From IMG/VR virus record IMGVR_UViG_3300050343_000122, positions 49,503 through 113,502 of that record: DNA of 64,000 nt; one strand, given 5' to 3'. How positions within the stretch are numbered: position 1 is the first letter of the stretch; every line of letters starts with the position of its first letter. This stretch comes from a virus. Shown one piece after another: positions 39,604-48,591 of the stretch. The position numbers were made by a program, and so were the translations under genes. The notes beneath the pieces were generated by a model that was not told the origin of the DNA, did no database searches, and saw nothing but the letters and a program-made list of their open reading frames with translations.

Positions 39604-41229
39604 ATGGAATATACAAGATATTACTGGCTTAATAAAGACAGTAGACAGTTCTTATCCAGAGGGTATATAGATGAGGAGCCGGAGCAAAGAATCAGGGACA
39701 TAGCTAACGTAGCTGAAAAGTATTTAAAGATGCCTGGTTTTGCTGCTAAGTTTGAAAGCTACATGGCAAGAGGTTTCTATAGTCTATCTACACCAGTTTG
39801 GATAAACTTTGGTAAGAGAAAGGGACTACCGATCAGTTGTTATGGATCTAATGTAGATGATACACTAGATAGCATATTAAATGCTGGACGTGAAGTGGGT
39901 ATGATGTCTAAATATGGAGGAGGTACAAGTGCATTCCTTGGTAACATCAGACCAAGAGGAACAAGTATTAGTACTGGAGGATTGGCAGATGGTCCTATAC
40001 ACTATGCAAGAATATATAACACAGTGGTGGATGTTTGTAAACAATCTGAAGCTAGACGTGGTGCCTGTGCAGTTTATCTACCAGTAGAGCACAAGGACAT
40101 AGATGAGTTTCTAGACATAGGTACTGAAGGTAACCCTATACAGAATCTACAATATGGTGTTACTGTTACAGATGCATGGTTAAAATCCATGAAAGCAGGA
40201 AGTAAAGACAAACGTAAGACATGGGCCAAGATCATTCAACACAGGAATGAGTTTGGATTTCCATATATTATGTTCTATGACAATTCAAACAACAACACAC
40301 CGTATAAGAACTTAGGATACAAGATCACAGCATCTAATCTATGCTCAGAGATACAACTACCAACAGACAGCTTTAATAGTTTTGTTTGTTGTTTAGGATC
40401 TATCAACTTATTACATTGGGATGAGATAGTAGAGACAGATGCAATAGAGGTGTACACACATTTCTTAAATGCAGTGATGGATGAATTCATACAGAAAGCT
40501 GAGTACATGGCCGGTATGAAGAGAGCCTGGAGATTTGCTTCACAACATAGAGCAATTGGTGTAGGGGCACTAGGATATCATTCCTATTTACAATCAAAGT
40601 TGATAGAGTTTGAATCCATGGAGGCCAAGATGATTAACACTAAGATCTTTAAAACTATTAAAGAGCGAACGGAAGAAGCATCTCGATGGTTACACGATGC
40701 AAAAGGATATAAATCAATTAGAGAAGGTTATGCTAACACCACATTAATGGCTATAGCACCAACTAAGTCTAGTTCATTTATACACGGTGCAGTATCTATG
40801 GGTATTGAGCCTATCAAATCTAACTACTTCGTTAAGGATCTTGCAAAGTCTAAGACTGTATATAAGAATCCATTCCTTATAGAAGAGTTAGAGAAGTATC
40901 AGTTGAATAACAAAGAGACCTGGGAAAGTATATTAAAGAAGGACGGTTCAGTGCAACATCTAAACTTCCCTACTAAGAAAGTTTTCAAGTCTTTTATAGA
41001 AATTAGTCCAAAGGAGATAGTGATCCAAGCTGCTTCACGTCAGAAGTTCATAGATCAGTCACAGAGTTTAAACTTGATGATTGATCCTAGTGTACCAGCA
41101 AAAGATATCAATCAATTGTATCTATTTGCTCACGAACAGGGAGTTAAAACACTATATTATCAGTTCAGTCAGAGTTCAGCTCAAGCGTTTGCACGTGACA
41201 TTTTAGAGTGTGCAAGCTGCGAAGGCTAA
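39604..41229 (+). CDS. nrdA: Ribonucleotide reductase class Ia alpha subunit (no ATP cone)
   Basis: PISC, SNLCSEI, AIAPT.SS, DQ.QS.N, KTLYY, C-terminal CASCEG. Confidence 0.95.
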   Translation: MEYTRYYWLNKDSRQFLSRGYIDEEPEQRIRDIANVAEKYLKMPGFAAKFESYMARGFYSLSTPVWINFGKRKGLPISCYGSNVDDTLDSILNAGREVGMMSKYGGGTSAFLGNIRPRGTSISTGGLADGPIHYARIYNTVVDVCKQSEARRGACAVYLPVEHKDIDEFLDIGTEGNPIQNLQYGVTVTDAWLKSMKAGSKDKRKTWAKIIQHRNEFGFPYIMFYDNSNNNTPYKNLGYKITASNLCSEIQLPTDSFNSFVCCLGSINLLHWDEIVETDAIEVYTHFLNAVMDEFIQKAEYMAGMKRAWRFASQHRAIGVGALGYHSYLQSKLIEFESMEAKMINTKIFKTIKERTEEASRWLHDAKGYKSIREGYANTTLMAIAPTKSSSFIHGAVSMGIEPIKSNYFVKDLAKSKTVYKNPFLIEELEKYQLNNKETWESILKKDGSVQHLNFPTKKVFKSFIEISPKEIVIQAASRQKFIDQSQSLNLMIDPSVPAKDINQLYLFAHEQGVKTLYYQFSQSSAQAFARDILECASCEG

Positions 41230-41302
41230 CTAACTTAGTTAAAAAAGTTCATCGATAAGGTTAGAATTGTTTAGGTTTGTCCGTATACTAATTGTATATT
41301 TG

Positions 41303-41455
41303 GATCTGAAAGAGGTGGAAGGGTCCACTTTAAAAACAATCAACCCTAGAAAGAGGACCCTTTGTGGTTTCTCATGATTATTTGAATTAAGTATTTCTGT
41401 TCTGTTTTTTTAATTGTTGAAGAAGAGCCTTGGATGTAAATCCAGGGCTTTTTTT
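41303..41455 (+). ncRNA. Candidate small RNA between nrdA and recA
   Basis: TATATTTG box at 41295-41302, AAGGGTCC/GGACCCTT stem, U-rich stretch, terminator. Confidence 0.45.
41426..41455 (+). terminator. Intrinsic terminator
   Basis: AGCCTTGGAT-GTAA-ATCCAGGGCT then T run. Confidence 0.85.
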
Positions 41456-41511
41456 ATCAGCAATATCACATAAATTTCGTATATTTACACATAACATTTA
41501 AACAATTAAAT

Positions 41512-42630
41512 ATGGCAAAGAAGTCACAAAAAGCGACAGATGGTGCAAACACTTTTGAAGATGCACTAGAAAGATTAAACAAACAATACGGTAAGGGAAC
41601 TGTATTATCATTAGAAGGTAAATCTGAGGGGACGTATGATACATTCAGTACAGGATCAATTGGTTTTGACTGGAAGACATTAGGCGTAGGAGGATTTGTG
41701 AGAGGTAAGATGTATGAACTCATGGGCTGGGAAGGTACAGGTAAGTCTACTATATGTGGACATGCTGTAGCTAGTTGTCAAGCACAAGGAGGTAAGGTGG
41801 TATATATTGATGGCGAGCATGCTGTTGATACAAATTACTTTAAAGCTCTAGGTGTAGACACAGAGACTATGATGATTGCACAACCATCCTGCGGTGAAGA
41901 AGGTTTCAACATTGCAGTAGAACTAATGCAAACCGGTGAGGTAGATCTAATCATTATCGATTCAGACTCATCACTTATACCTAAAGCAGTACTAGATGGA
42001 GCTGTAGGAGAACATGCAATTGGTAAAAAAGCAAGACTAAACAGTAGTGCATACCCTAAGATTAAGTCTATGTGTCATAACACTAACACTTGTGTCATTG
42101 TAGTGTCTCAGTACAGAGAAAAGATAGGAGTTATGTTTGGTAACCCTACAACTACTCAGGGTGGACATGCACTTAAGTTCTATTCAGATGCAAGAATAGA
42201 AGTTAGTAGATCACTAGCTAAAGATGCTGGTCAGGTGTATGGTAACATTACTAAGGTTAGAGCTATCAAGAACAAGATGACTCCTCCTTACATACTATCA
42301 GACTTTGAGGTCCTATATGGTGTAGGTATTGATAAGGTTGGTGAGATGATGCAGCTACTTAATGACTATGAGTTAGGTAGAAAGTATGGTAAGACTATGA
42401 CAGTCGATGGTGTTAAGCATGATCTTGAAGAGTTTAAAGACATGGTACGTAATGATCAAAAGTTCTACAATGAGCTACGTATGAAGATCATTACAGCTAT
42501 CAAAGGTGAAGAGATGCCTGAAGAAGAAGAAGAGTCTCCCATAGTAGAGATGACAGATATGATTAGTCAGATAGAAGTGGTAAAACCACAAGAAGTAACA
42601 CCACAACTTTTTGATACTGATGAACTGTAA
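41512..42630 (+). CDS. recA: RecA recombinase
   Basis: STGS..D..LG.GG, GWEGTGKS, IDGEHA, QP..GE, GVMFGNP.TT.GG.ALKFY, KNK. Confidence 0.95.
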   Translation: MAKKSQKATDGANTFEDALERLNKQYGKGTVLSLEGKSEGTYDTFSTGSIGFDWKTLGVGGFVRGKMYELMGWEGTGKSTICGHAVASCQAQGGKVVYIDGEHAVDTNYFKALGVDTETMMIAQPSCGEEGFNIAVELMQTGEVDLIIIDSDSSLIPKAVLDGAVGEHAIGKKARLNSSAYPKIKSMCHNTNTCVIVVSQYREKIGVMFGNPTTTQGGHALKFYSDARIEVSRSLAKDAGQVYGNITKVRAIKNKMTPPYILSDFEVLYGVGIDKVGEMMQLLNDYELGRKYGKTMTVDGVKHDLEEFKDMVRNDQKFYNELRMKIITAIKGEEMPEEEEESPIVEMTDMISQIEVVKPQEVTPQLFDTDEL

Positions 42631-43033
42631 AGTTTGTGGTGCAAAAAGTGAAAGTGAATATTGTTTTAGGCACAAGCCAAGAAAACCATTAGCTGGTACT
42701 ACTACTCAACCAGCTATGAGGAGGAGAACCCTTAGATCTAATAAGTCTAAGGGGAAACCTTCACCTAATGAAGATCATTTATTTTTTACAAAGATATGGA
42801 AAAAGAGACCACACCGGTCTGAGATCAGTGGTACGTATCTAGGAAAAGAAGCATCAAGTGCTTTCTTCCATCATATACTACCTAAAAATAAATATCCCAA
42901 GATTAGGATGGATGAGGAAAATATTATACTTTTGACGTTAGATGAACATGCTGATGTTGAATCAGATATGTACAAATATGATATAATAAACCAACGTAGA
43001 ACCAAACTATTAAAAAAATATGAGTTATACTAG
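42620..43033 (+). CDS. HNH/Ref-like nuclease with N-terminal C3H finger
   Basis: CKVC...CFRH; HHILPK...NI.LL...H. Confidence 0.65.
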   Translation: MNCKVCGAKSESEYCFRHKPRKPLAGTTTQPAMRRRTLRSNKSKGKPSPNEDHLFFTKIWKKRPHRSEISGTYLGKEASSAFFHHILPKNKYPKIRMDEENIILLTLDEHADVESDMYKYDIINQRRTKLLKKYELY

Positions 43034-43331
43034 AAACCAATTCTTTTATAAAAGAAAAGAAGCAGTGGAGGGAACAGACCCACAAGAATTTACTGAGTTC
43101 ACAGACAGCATTAACCTTGATAAGGTTATAAGATCTGTACAGATGTCTACTGATACTATTGTAGTGTTGTTAGATGATATGCATGAACGTATACAAGAGG
43201 TACCTAACATTAATCCTAAGAACAATAAGGTGATTGGGACAAAGAAGAAGACACAGGTATTTCAAACTGAGGCATATTTATCAGGAGATGATAAAGAAAG
43301 ATTTGAGAAACTAACTAATATAGAATTATGA
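43020..43331 (+). CDS. Hypothetical protein
   Basis: 103-aa ORF. Confidence 0.65.
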   Translation: MSYTRNQFFYKRKEAVEGTDPQEFTEFTDSINLDKVIRSVQMSTDTIVVLLDDMHERIQEVPNINPKNNKVIGTKKKTQVFQTEAYLSGDDKERFEKLTNIEL

Positions 43332-43624
43332 GTAAGAAACCATATAAAAGACTCTTAGGTAATCGTGTATATGTACACGTACCTGAAAGAAAGAAAAGTA
43401 AACTTGAAGTAGATGCTAACACTAAAGAAGCTCTACAGAGAGAAATGTTAAAAAAGATGTCTAAGCTTTTAGTTTATGATGTCGGAGATTTAGTAACACA
43501 TTTCAAACCAGGAGATGAGGTCTTAGTAGATCCAGGTAAATTAAAAGATGCACACTTGATACCTCTTACCGATGATCAAGAAGTTTTACTCTTATCTCCA
43601 TTTGATGTAATACATGTTTGGTAA
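43328..43624 (+). CDS. GroES-like co-chaperonin
   Basis: LGNRVYV, V.DVG, KPGDEVL, LL...DV. Confidence 0.65.
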   Translation: MSKKPYKRLLGNRVYVHVPERKKSKLEVDANTKEALQREMLKKMSKLLVYDVGDLVTHFKPGDEVLVDPGKLKDAHLIPLTDDQEVLLLSPFDVIHVW

Positions 43625-44421
43625 TGGCTTACGATATAATATCAGGAACAGAAGCAGCTTATGTCATAGAAGACAACGATCTGCCTTTCATTTCCTGCAA
43701 GTGTATAACTTACGGAAGAACAGATTTATTAGTAGAAGCCTTACATAGCTTCCTTATTCAGGACTATCCAAAAGATAAGTGTGAACTAGTAATAGTTAAT
43801 GACTATCCTCTTCAAAAGTTACACTACTCTCACCCACAAGTAAAGATATACAATCTTGATACCACATTTCCTCTAATAGGAGAGAAAGAGAACTATGCTA
43901 TTGAAAGATGTCAAGGTCCTCTCATTGCTGTTTGGGATGATGATGATGTGGCCTTACCTAATCACCTCAACAATATAGCTAGACACTGGAAGGATGATAC
44001 TAATATTATTCACTGGAGAACAGGTATATACTATAACGAACCATCTATCACTTCTATAAGTGGTGTAGGTAACTCCGGTATTGTGTATAGTAAAGATGTA
44101 TGGGAAAGAATAGGTAAGAGTCCATTAGAAAATGCTGGTGGTGACATGACATTAACTGGAAAGATACACAAGTTAGGTGGTGTAGTAGAAGCTATATTAC
44201 CAGACAGTGAAGCTTCGTGGTTTTATATGTGGGGAGGTAGAGGTTATCATCAATCCGGTATGGGTACAGATGATGGATCAAGACCTGATATCATTAAACG
44301 TCACAGTGCTCATGTAGAATCACAGCGTAAAGCTGGTAAAGTACCTACAGGTGATATACATTTAGTGCCTGCATGGAAACAGGATTATAAACAAATGTTA
44401 AAAGACTATCTTAAAAAATGA
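43624..44421 (+). CDS. Glycosyltransferase family 2
   Basis: TYGR, S.L.QDY, ELVIVND, IG.K.N, WDDDD. Confidence 0.85.
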   Translation: MAYDIISGTEAAYVIEDNDLPFISCKCITYGRTDLLVEALHSFLIQDYPKDKCELVIVNDYPLQKLHYSHPQVKIYNLDTTFPLIGEKENYAIERCQGPLIAVWDDDDVALPNHLNNIARHWKDDTNIIHWRTGIYYNEPSITSISGVGNSGIVYSKDVWERIGKSPLENAGGDMTLTGKIHKLGGVVEAILPDSEASWFYMWGGRGYHQSGMGTDDGSRPDIIKRHSAHVESQRKAGKVPTGDIHLVPAWKQDYKQMLKDYLKK

Positions 44422-45071
44422 AGGTTTTAGTAACAAGTGCAAATTTTCCAGGCCAATTATGGAGTAAATGGATAGATCAGCAATCTTCTAAGTACGAGAT
44501 AGTATTTAATAGAATAGATGAGACCACACACTCTGCTAGAGAGTTAGCAATGCATCCTAGATTACGTGCTAAGATTCCTAAAATGTTAGCATGGGAAGAC
44601 AACCCAGGGTATGATTACTATATATGGATGGACTCTAATCAGTCACTAACCTCTCCTAAAGCTATTGAGAAGATGGTAGATCAATGTATAGGTAATGATG
44701 CATGTTTCTTTAAACACTCAGGTAGGTCCTCTGTACAACAAGAGGTTACATTTGTTTTAGAACAGATGCTAAAGGAAGATGAGTACTTACTGGATAGATA
44801 TAAAGGAGAATTAATGGCAGAACAGTTAAGTCATTATCTTCAGGATGAGAAGTGGAATGACAATCTTCTTATAGAGTGTACTGTTTTTATATACTCTAAA
44901 AATATTGTAAAGAATAGAGAGTATAATTTAATGAAAGAGTGGTTTTATCATAATTGTATATGGTCAGTTCAAGATCAAATAAGTCTACCGTACTTACTTA
45001 ATAGGTTCAGGACTAAATATAAGATCTGGGATCAAAATGTATGGAGTAATGATTACACCTACTATAGTTAA
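44418..45071 (+). CDS. DUF616-like GT-A glycosyltransferase
   Basis: PKM, IW.D.N, F.H..R, DQ.SLPY. Confidence 0.7.
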   Translation: MKVLVTSANFPGQLWSKWIDQQSSKYEIVFNRIDETTHSARELAMHPRLRAKIPKMLAWEDNPGYDYYIWMDSNQSLTSPKAIEKMVDQCIGNDACFFKHSGRSSVQQEVTFVLEQMLKEDEYLLDRYKGELMAEQLSHYLQDEKWNDNLLIECTVFIYSKNIVKNREYNLMKEWFYHNCIWSVQDQISLPYLLNRFRTKYKIWDQNVWSNDYTYYS

Positions 45072-45074
45072 AAG

Positions 45075-45452
45075 ATGAAAATAGAAGTATCAAACGGAGA
45101 AATATTAGATAAGCTTACTATATTAAATCTAAAGCTAGACTTTATCAATGATCCAAATAAGTTAGCTAATATTAGAAAAGAAGCTGCAGAACTTAATCCT
45201 ATAGCAACTGACATGTTTCAGAATTATGGAGAGGAATTAAGGGACCTTTACGAAGATTTGTCAACAATAAATACCAAACTTTGGTATATAGAAGACTGGA
45301 TAAGAGATTTTGAGAAAGAAGAATCCTTTGGTCAAGACTTTATAGACTTAGCCAGGTCAGTGTATATTACAAATGACAAAAGGAGTGAAGTTAAAAAGAA
45401 AATAAATATACTAACAGATTCAGAATTCATAGAAGAAAAGTCTTATGAATAA
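45075..45452 (+). CDS. DUF6165-like protein
   Basis: S.GE..DKLTIL..K, N..LW.IED.IR, F..LAR.VY.TND.R...K..IN, EEKSY. Confidence 0.75.
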   Translation: MKIEVSNGEILDKLTILNLKLDFINDPNKLANIRKEAAELNPIATDMFQNYGEELRDLYEDLSTINTKLWYIEDWIRDFEKEESFGQDFIDLARSVYITNDKRSEVKKKINILTDSEFIEEKSYE

Positions 45453-45815
45453 ACTATTTAACATTATAAAATACACTATAATATCTTCACTTCTTTTGCT
45501 TGCAGTGAGTGGAATATTGTTTTGTATAATACAAGTTATTATTGACCCTGCATTTAGAATTGACTAATGAGCATAGAAGACATAGTATATAGTGCTGAAG
45601 AACACGGTAGAAGAAATCTTCTATTCAATGAAGTGAGCATATTAAGAAAAAAAACTCCTAATAGAGATCTAACAGAGATATATGAAGAGGCTTATAGAAC
45701 AGTGATGAATACCTAAGATATGAAAGAGAAATATATGAAGATTATAGCTTGGACTATAGTAATAGCGATCACAATAGTTATATGGAGCAGTTTATATAAC
45801 TTAATAATGGGATAA
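45445..45815 (+). CDS. Three small ORFs, two of them hydrophobic
   Basis: MNKLFNIIKY..., MSIEDIVYSAEEHG..., MKEKYMKIIAW...; boundaries near 45567 and 45716-45720. Confidence 0.5.
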
Positions 45816-46085
45816 TGAAAAAGATAAAAGCTACATGGAGACCACTACTTAGAGCAATGGTTAGAGACAGAAGATTATCTCCTATAGAAAGACTAGCCAC
45901 AAGATTTGGTTACATGGGTGTGGGCTTTCTTATAGCAGGTCAGTGGACCATCAATCCTGTATTGTATATGCTGGGATTCTACCTGTGTACTTATACAGGT
46001 TTCAACTAGAAGACAGTGGAATCTAGTGATACTACAACTTAATGGACTACTAGCGTGGACCATTCACTTCATAAACTCTATGTAA
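45815..46085 (+). pseudogene. Small 3-helix membrane protein with a +1 frameshift near 45980
   Basis: ...YMLGF continues one base later as TCVLIQVSTRRQWNLVILQLNGLLAWTIHFINSM*. Confidence 0.6.
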
Positions 46086-46111
46086 TAAAAAAGCCTCAAT
46101 TAAGAGGCTTT
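46086..46111. terminator. Bidirectional terminator at the convergence point
   Basis: AAAAAAGCCTC-AATTAA-GAGGCTTTT between opposing operons. Confidence 0.85.
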
Positions 46112-46117
46112 ACTATA

Positions 46118-46402
46118 TTACTTACATCCCATTTTGCACTTACGTGTTGAGCCACCTTTTTTCATATAGGCTTTACGTGCAGTCTTTCTAACCATACCTT
46201 TCTTGGTACCTGACTTTGCATAGCCCATTTTATTACGTACAGCTGTAGCTAGTTTCTTAAGTCCTTTCTGTGAAGGTTTAGGTGTCTTTAATCCAGCTTT
46301 CATTGTTTTACCTTTTTTAGCTTTCATAGATTTACCGTATCCAGCTTTTTTTACATAAGCTTTACGAGCTGTTTTACGTACCATTCCTTTTTTTGTTCCC
46401 AT
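46118..46402 (-). CDS. Lys-rich basic protein with internal repeat
   Basis: GTKKGMVRKTARKAY occurs twice. Confidence 0.7.
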   Translation of the reverse strand: MGTKKGMVRKTARKAYVKKAGYGKSMKAKKGKTMKAGLKTPKPSQKGLKKLATAVRNKMGYAKSGTKKGMVRKTARKAYMKKGGSTRKCKMGCK

Positions 46403-46423
46403 TTTATTTAGATTATTTGAGGT

Positions 46424-46720
46424 TTAACATTTCCACCTGCGTCTAGCTTGTCTTATTCTAGAATTAGGATCATTTTTAGTTTTTGCACTGCTGCGTTTTA
46501 ACTGCCCCAAACTTCTAGCACAGTAAGATTTGCGTCTCTTAGCTGATTTAGATCCCTTTTTTACTTTACCAGTAACGGCTGTCTTTAGCTTACTACCAGG
46601 ATTAGCACGCCTGTATGCTGCTACTCCTTTCTTAGTCATACCAGCTCCAGACTTAGTCTTCCGATAGTTACCACCTTTTCCGGTAGTCTTACGAATTGCT
46701 TTTGCTCTTTTTCTAGCCAT
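46424..46720 (-). CDS. Arg/Lys-rich protein (DUF6321-like)
   Basis: RRKSYCARS...DPNSR...ARRRWKC. Confidence 0.75.
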   Translation of the reverse strand: MARKRAKAIRKTTGKGGNYRKTKSGAGMTKKGVAAYRRANPGSKLKTAVTGKVKKGSKSAKRRKSYCARSLGQLKRSSAKTKNDPNSRIRQARRRWKC

Positions 46721-46986
46721 TACTTTTTCTTTTTACGTTTAGCACCCATCTTTTTAAAAGTCTTTGCAAGTGCTTTAGCTCTCCCTGTACAACCTTTCTT
46801 GGTTATAGGAGTGCACTTACCTTTGGTGCCTCGTTTTTTGATAGACTTATTTACTGACTGTATCCAGTTTTTCTTCTTAGCCTTACCACCTTTTTTAAGT
46901 TTCTTAGCTCCTTGTTGCATGTTAGATCCATACTGAGCCTTTTTCTTTCCATACTTTGTGTATGTAGCTTTTTTACGTATAGGCAT
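46720..46986 (-). CDS. Lys-rich basic protein
   Basis: KKNWIQ...RAKALAKTFKKM. Confidence 0.7.
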   Translation of the reverse strand: MPIRKKATYTKYGKKKAQYGSNMQQGAKKLKKGGKAKKKNWIQSVNKSIKKRGTKGKCTPITKKGCTGRAKALAKTFKKMGAKRKKKK

Positions 46987-47252
46987 TACTTTTTCTTTTT
47001 AGATTTACGTTTACGAAGAGCACTTGTTCTTCTACCCATACCCACTCTTTTCTTCTCAGCTACAACTGCAGCCTTACGCTTGCCCACACCTTTCCAGGTT
47101 ACTGGTGTCTTCTTGCTAACTTTTTTACTAGGACGACATTTCTTAACGCCTTTATTTTTGGAAGATCCACAGGCATTACCTTTTTCATCTTTCCATTTCT
47201 CTTTAAACCAACGTTTAAGAGCAGCACCTTTCTTTGTCTTTCTAACTGCCAT
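46986..47252 (-). CDS. Basic protein (DUF5872-like C-part)
   Basis: LKRWFKEKW.D...CG...CRP..KV..KTP.T; start refined to MAVRK. Confidence 0.7.
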   Translation of the reverse strand: MAVRKTKKGAALKRWFKEKWKDEKGNACGSSKNKGVKKCRPSKKVSKKTPVTWKGVGKRKAAVVAEKKRVGMGRRTSALRKRKSKKKK

Positions 47253-47256
47253 GATA

Positions 47257-47451
47257 CTATTTCTTTCCAGCTTTACGCTTTCTACATTTAGCAATAGCAC
47301 CACTAGCATAAGCAGAAGGGAAGACTCTATACCTAGCCTTGACACTGTGATAGCACGCATCATGATTAGGTTTAGAAGACTTCCCTTTTTTAGCCTTGAC
47401 TACCTTTTTACGTACTCTCCCTCCTACTTTAGATTTCCGTTTAACAGCCAT
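47257..47451 (-). CDS. Basic protein (DUF5872-like N-part)
   Basis: DACY..VKARY.VFPSAYASGA..KCRK. Confidence 0.7.
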   Translation of the reverse strand: MAVKRKSKVGGRVRKKVVKAKKGKSSKPNHDACYHSVKARYRVFPSAYASGAIAKCRKRKAGKK

Positions 47452-47463
47452 AATTTGTTTTGT

Positions 47464-47733
47464 TTATTCCACAGCCTGTAAAGTTGGTTGTGGTTGTTCA
47501 GAGTTTTCTTCTTGTGCTTCTTTAATCACACCGCCTTCAACTCCTTGTTTCATTATCTTTTCGATTACATCATTAGTTTGCATCATCAACTGGTATTTAC
47601 CAGCTTCTTCTGTTGCTAAATATGATCTAACCATGTTCAGTATTAAACCGAACTCTTGTCCTGAAATTTCAAACTTATCCTCAGGTTTCCAAGTGTACCT
47701 GCTGTTAGGATTGTACTGTGCATTATCTGCCAT
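47464..47733 (-). CDS. Hypothetical protein
   Basis: 89-aa ORF. Confidence 0.65.
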   Translation of the reverse strand: MADNAQYNPNSRYTWKPEDKFEISGQEFGLILNMVRSYLATEEAGKYQLMMQTNDVIEKIMKQGVEGGVIKEAQEENSEQPQPTLQAVE

Positions 47734-47779
47734 TTTATTTGATTTTAAAAGTTAATATAGAAACAAATGTACTACATTT

Positions 47780-48070
47780 TTACTCTCCAAGCAAGTTTAT
47801 TCTAAAAACTATCGTTCCGGAAGACTTGATACTCTTAGACAGATCTAACCTAATTTTAAATAGGTTATGTAGTTTAAGTATTTCTTGTAATAAAGACTCT
47901 CCATACCTGGGCATGCTAGGTGCAATTCTAAATATGTAGGACTCACCACTCTTAGTAATTTGCATACTAGAGTATTCATCAATAGAGTCGATCACTCCTT
48001 CTAAGTGAGCAAAGTAAACTTTGTCATTCTCACGCATTATTTCTGGAAAGAATTTTCTGTGTATCTCCAT
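47780..48070 (-). CDS. Hypothetical protein
   Basis: 96-aa ORF. Confidence 0.65.
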   Translation of the reverse strand: MEIHRKFFPEIMRENDKVYFAHLEGVIDSIDEYSSMQITKSGESYIFRIAPSMPRYGESLLQEILKLHNLFKIRLDLSKSIKSSGTIVFRINLLGE

Positions 48071-48128
48071 CGATTAGTATATAAACCCAGGGACACTGGG
48101 TCCCTGAGCTATATAGTTTGTAGTTAAT

Positions 48129-48572
48129 TTACGCACATAGATTTACTGCAGTTACAATTCCGTCAACTGCTACTTGTACATTCCAATCTTGTCCATCTGT
48201 ACTTGCAACTCTGTGATATGCTCCGTCTCCATCATATGGATTTTGTCCAGATGCATCTCTGTAGATTATGTCACCAATAGCTATAGCAGGACCTGCTGCT
48301 AATTTAAGATAGACAGTAGTGTCTAGTGTTAACGCACATGCATCAGCTCCATCAGAGGCTTCAGAAATTTGTCCTCCTGGATATACGATTGCTGCTGTTG
48401 TAGTTGATGTTGTAGTAGGATAACAGCACTCGTATGCTATATCTTGTGGTAATTGCTTCCAATTTCCCACTTTAGGTATCTTGCGTCTTAAGACAAGAGA
48501 ACCAGCTACTACACGTCCAGATCCATCATATCTGACGTACGCATTCAAAGGTCTTTTGTTAATGCTTCCCAT
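48129..48572 (-). CDS. Two-domain putative virion protein with Thr linker
   Basis: AYVRYDGSGR domain, CCYPTTTSTTTAA linker, small beta domain. Confidence 0.7.
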   Translation of the reverse strand: MGSINKRPLNAYVRYDGSGRVVAGSLVLRRKIPKVGNWKQLPQDIAYECCYPTTTSTTTAAIVYPGGQISEASDGADACALTLDTTVYLKLAAGPAIAIGDIIYRDASGQNPYDGDGAYHRVASTDGQDWNVQVAVDGIVTAVNLCA

Positions 48573-48591
48573 TTTAATTTGTTTTAAAGGG

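Noticed and set aside
11300-41229. Introns or inteins in terL, polB, dnaB, nrdA/B
   Set aside because: ORFs are continuous and of ordinary length
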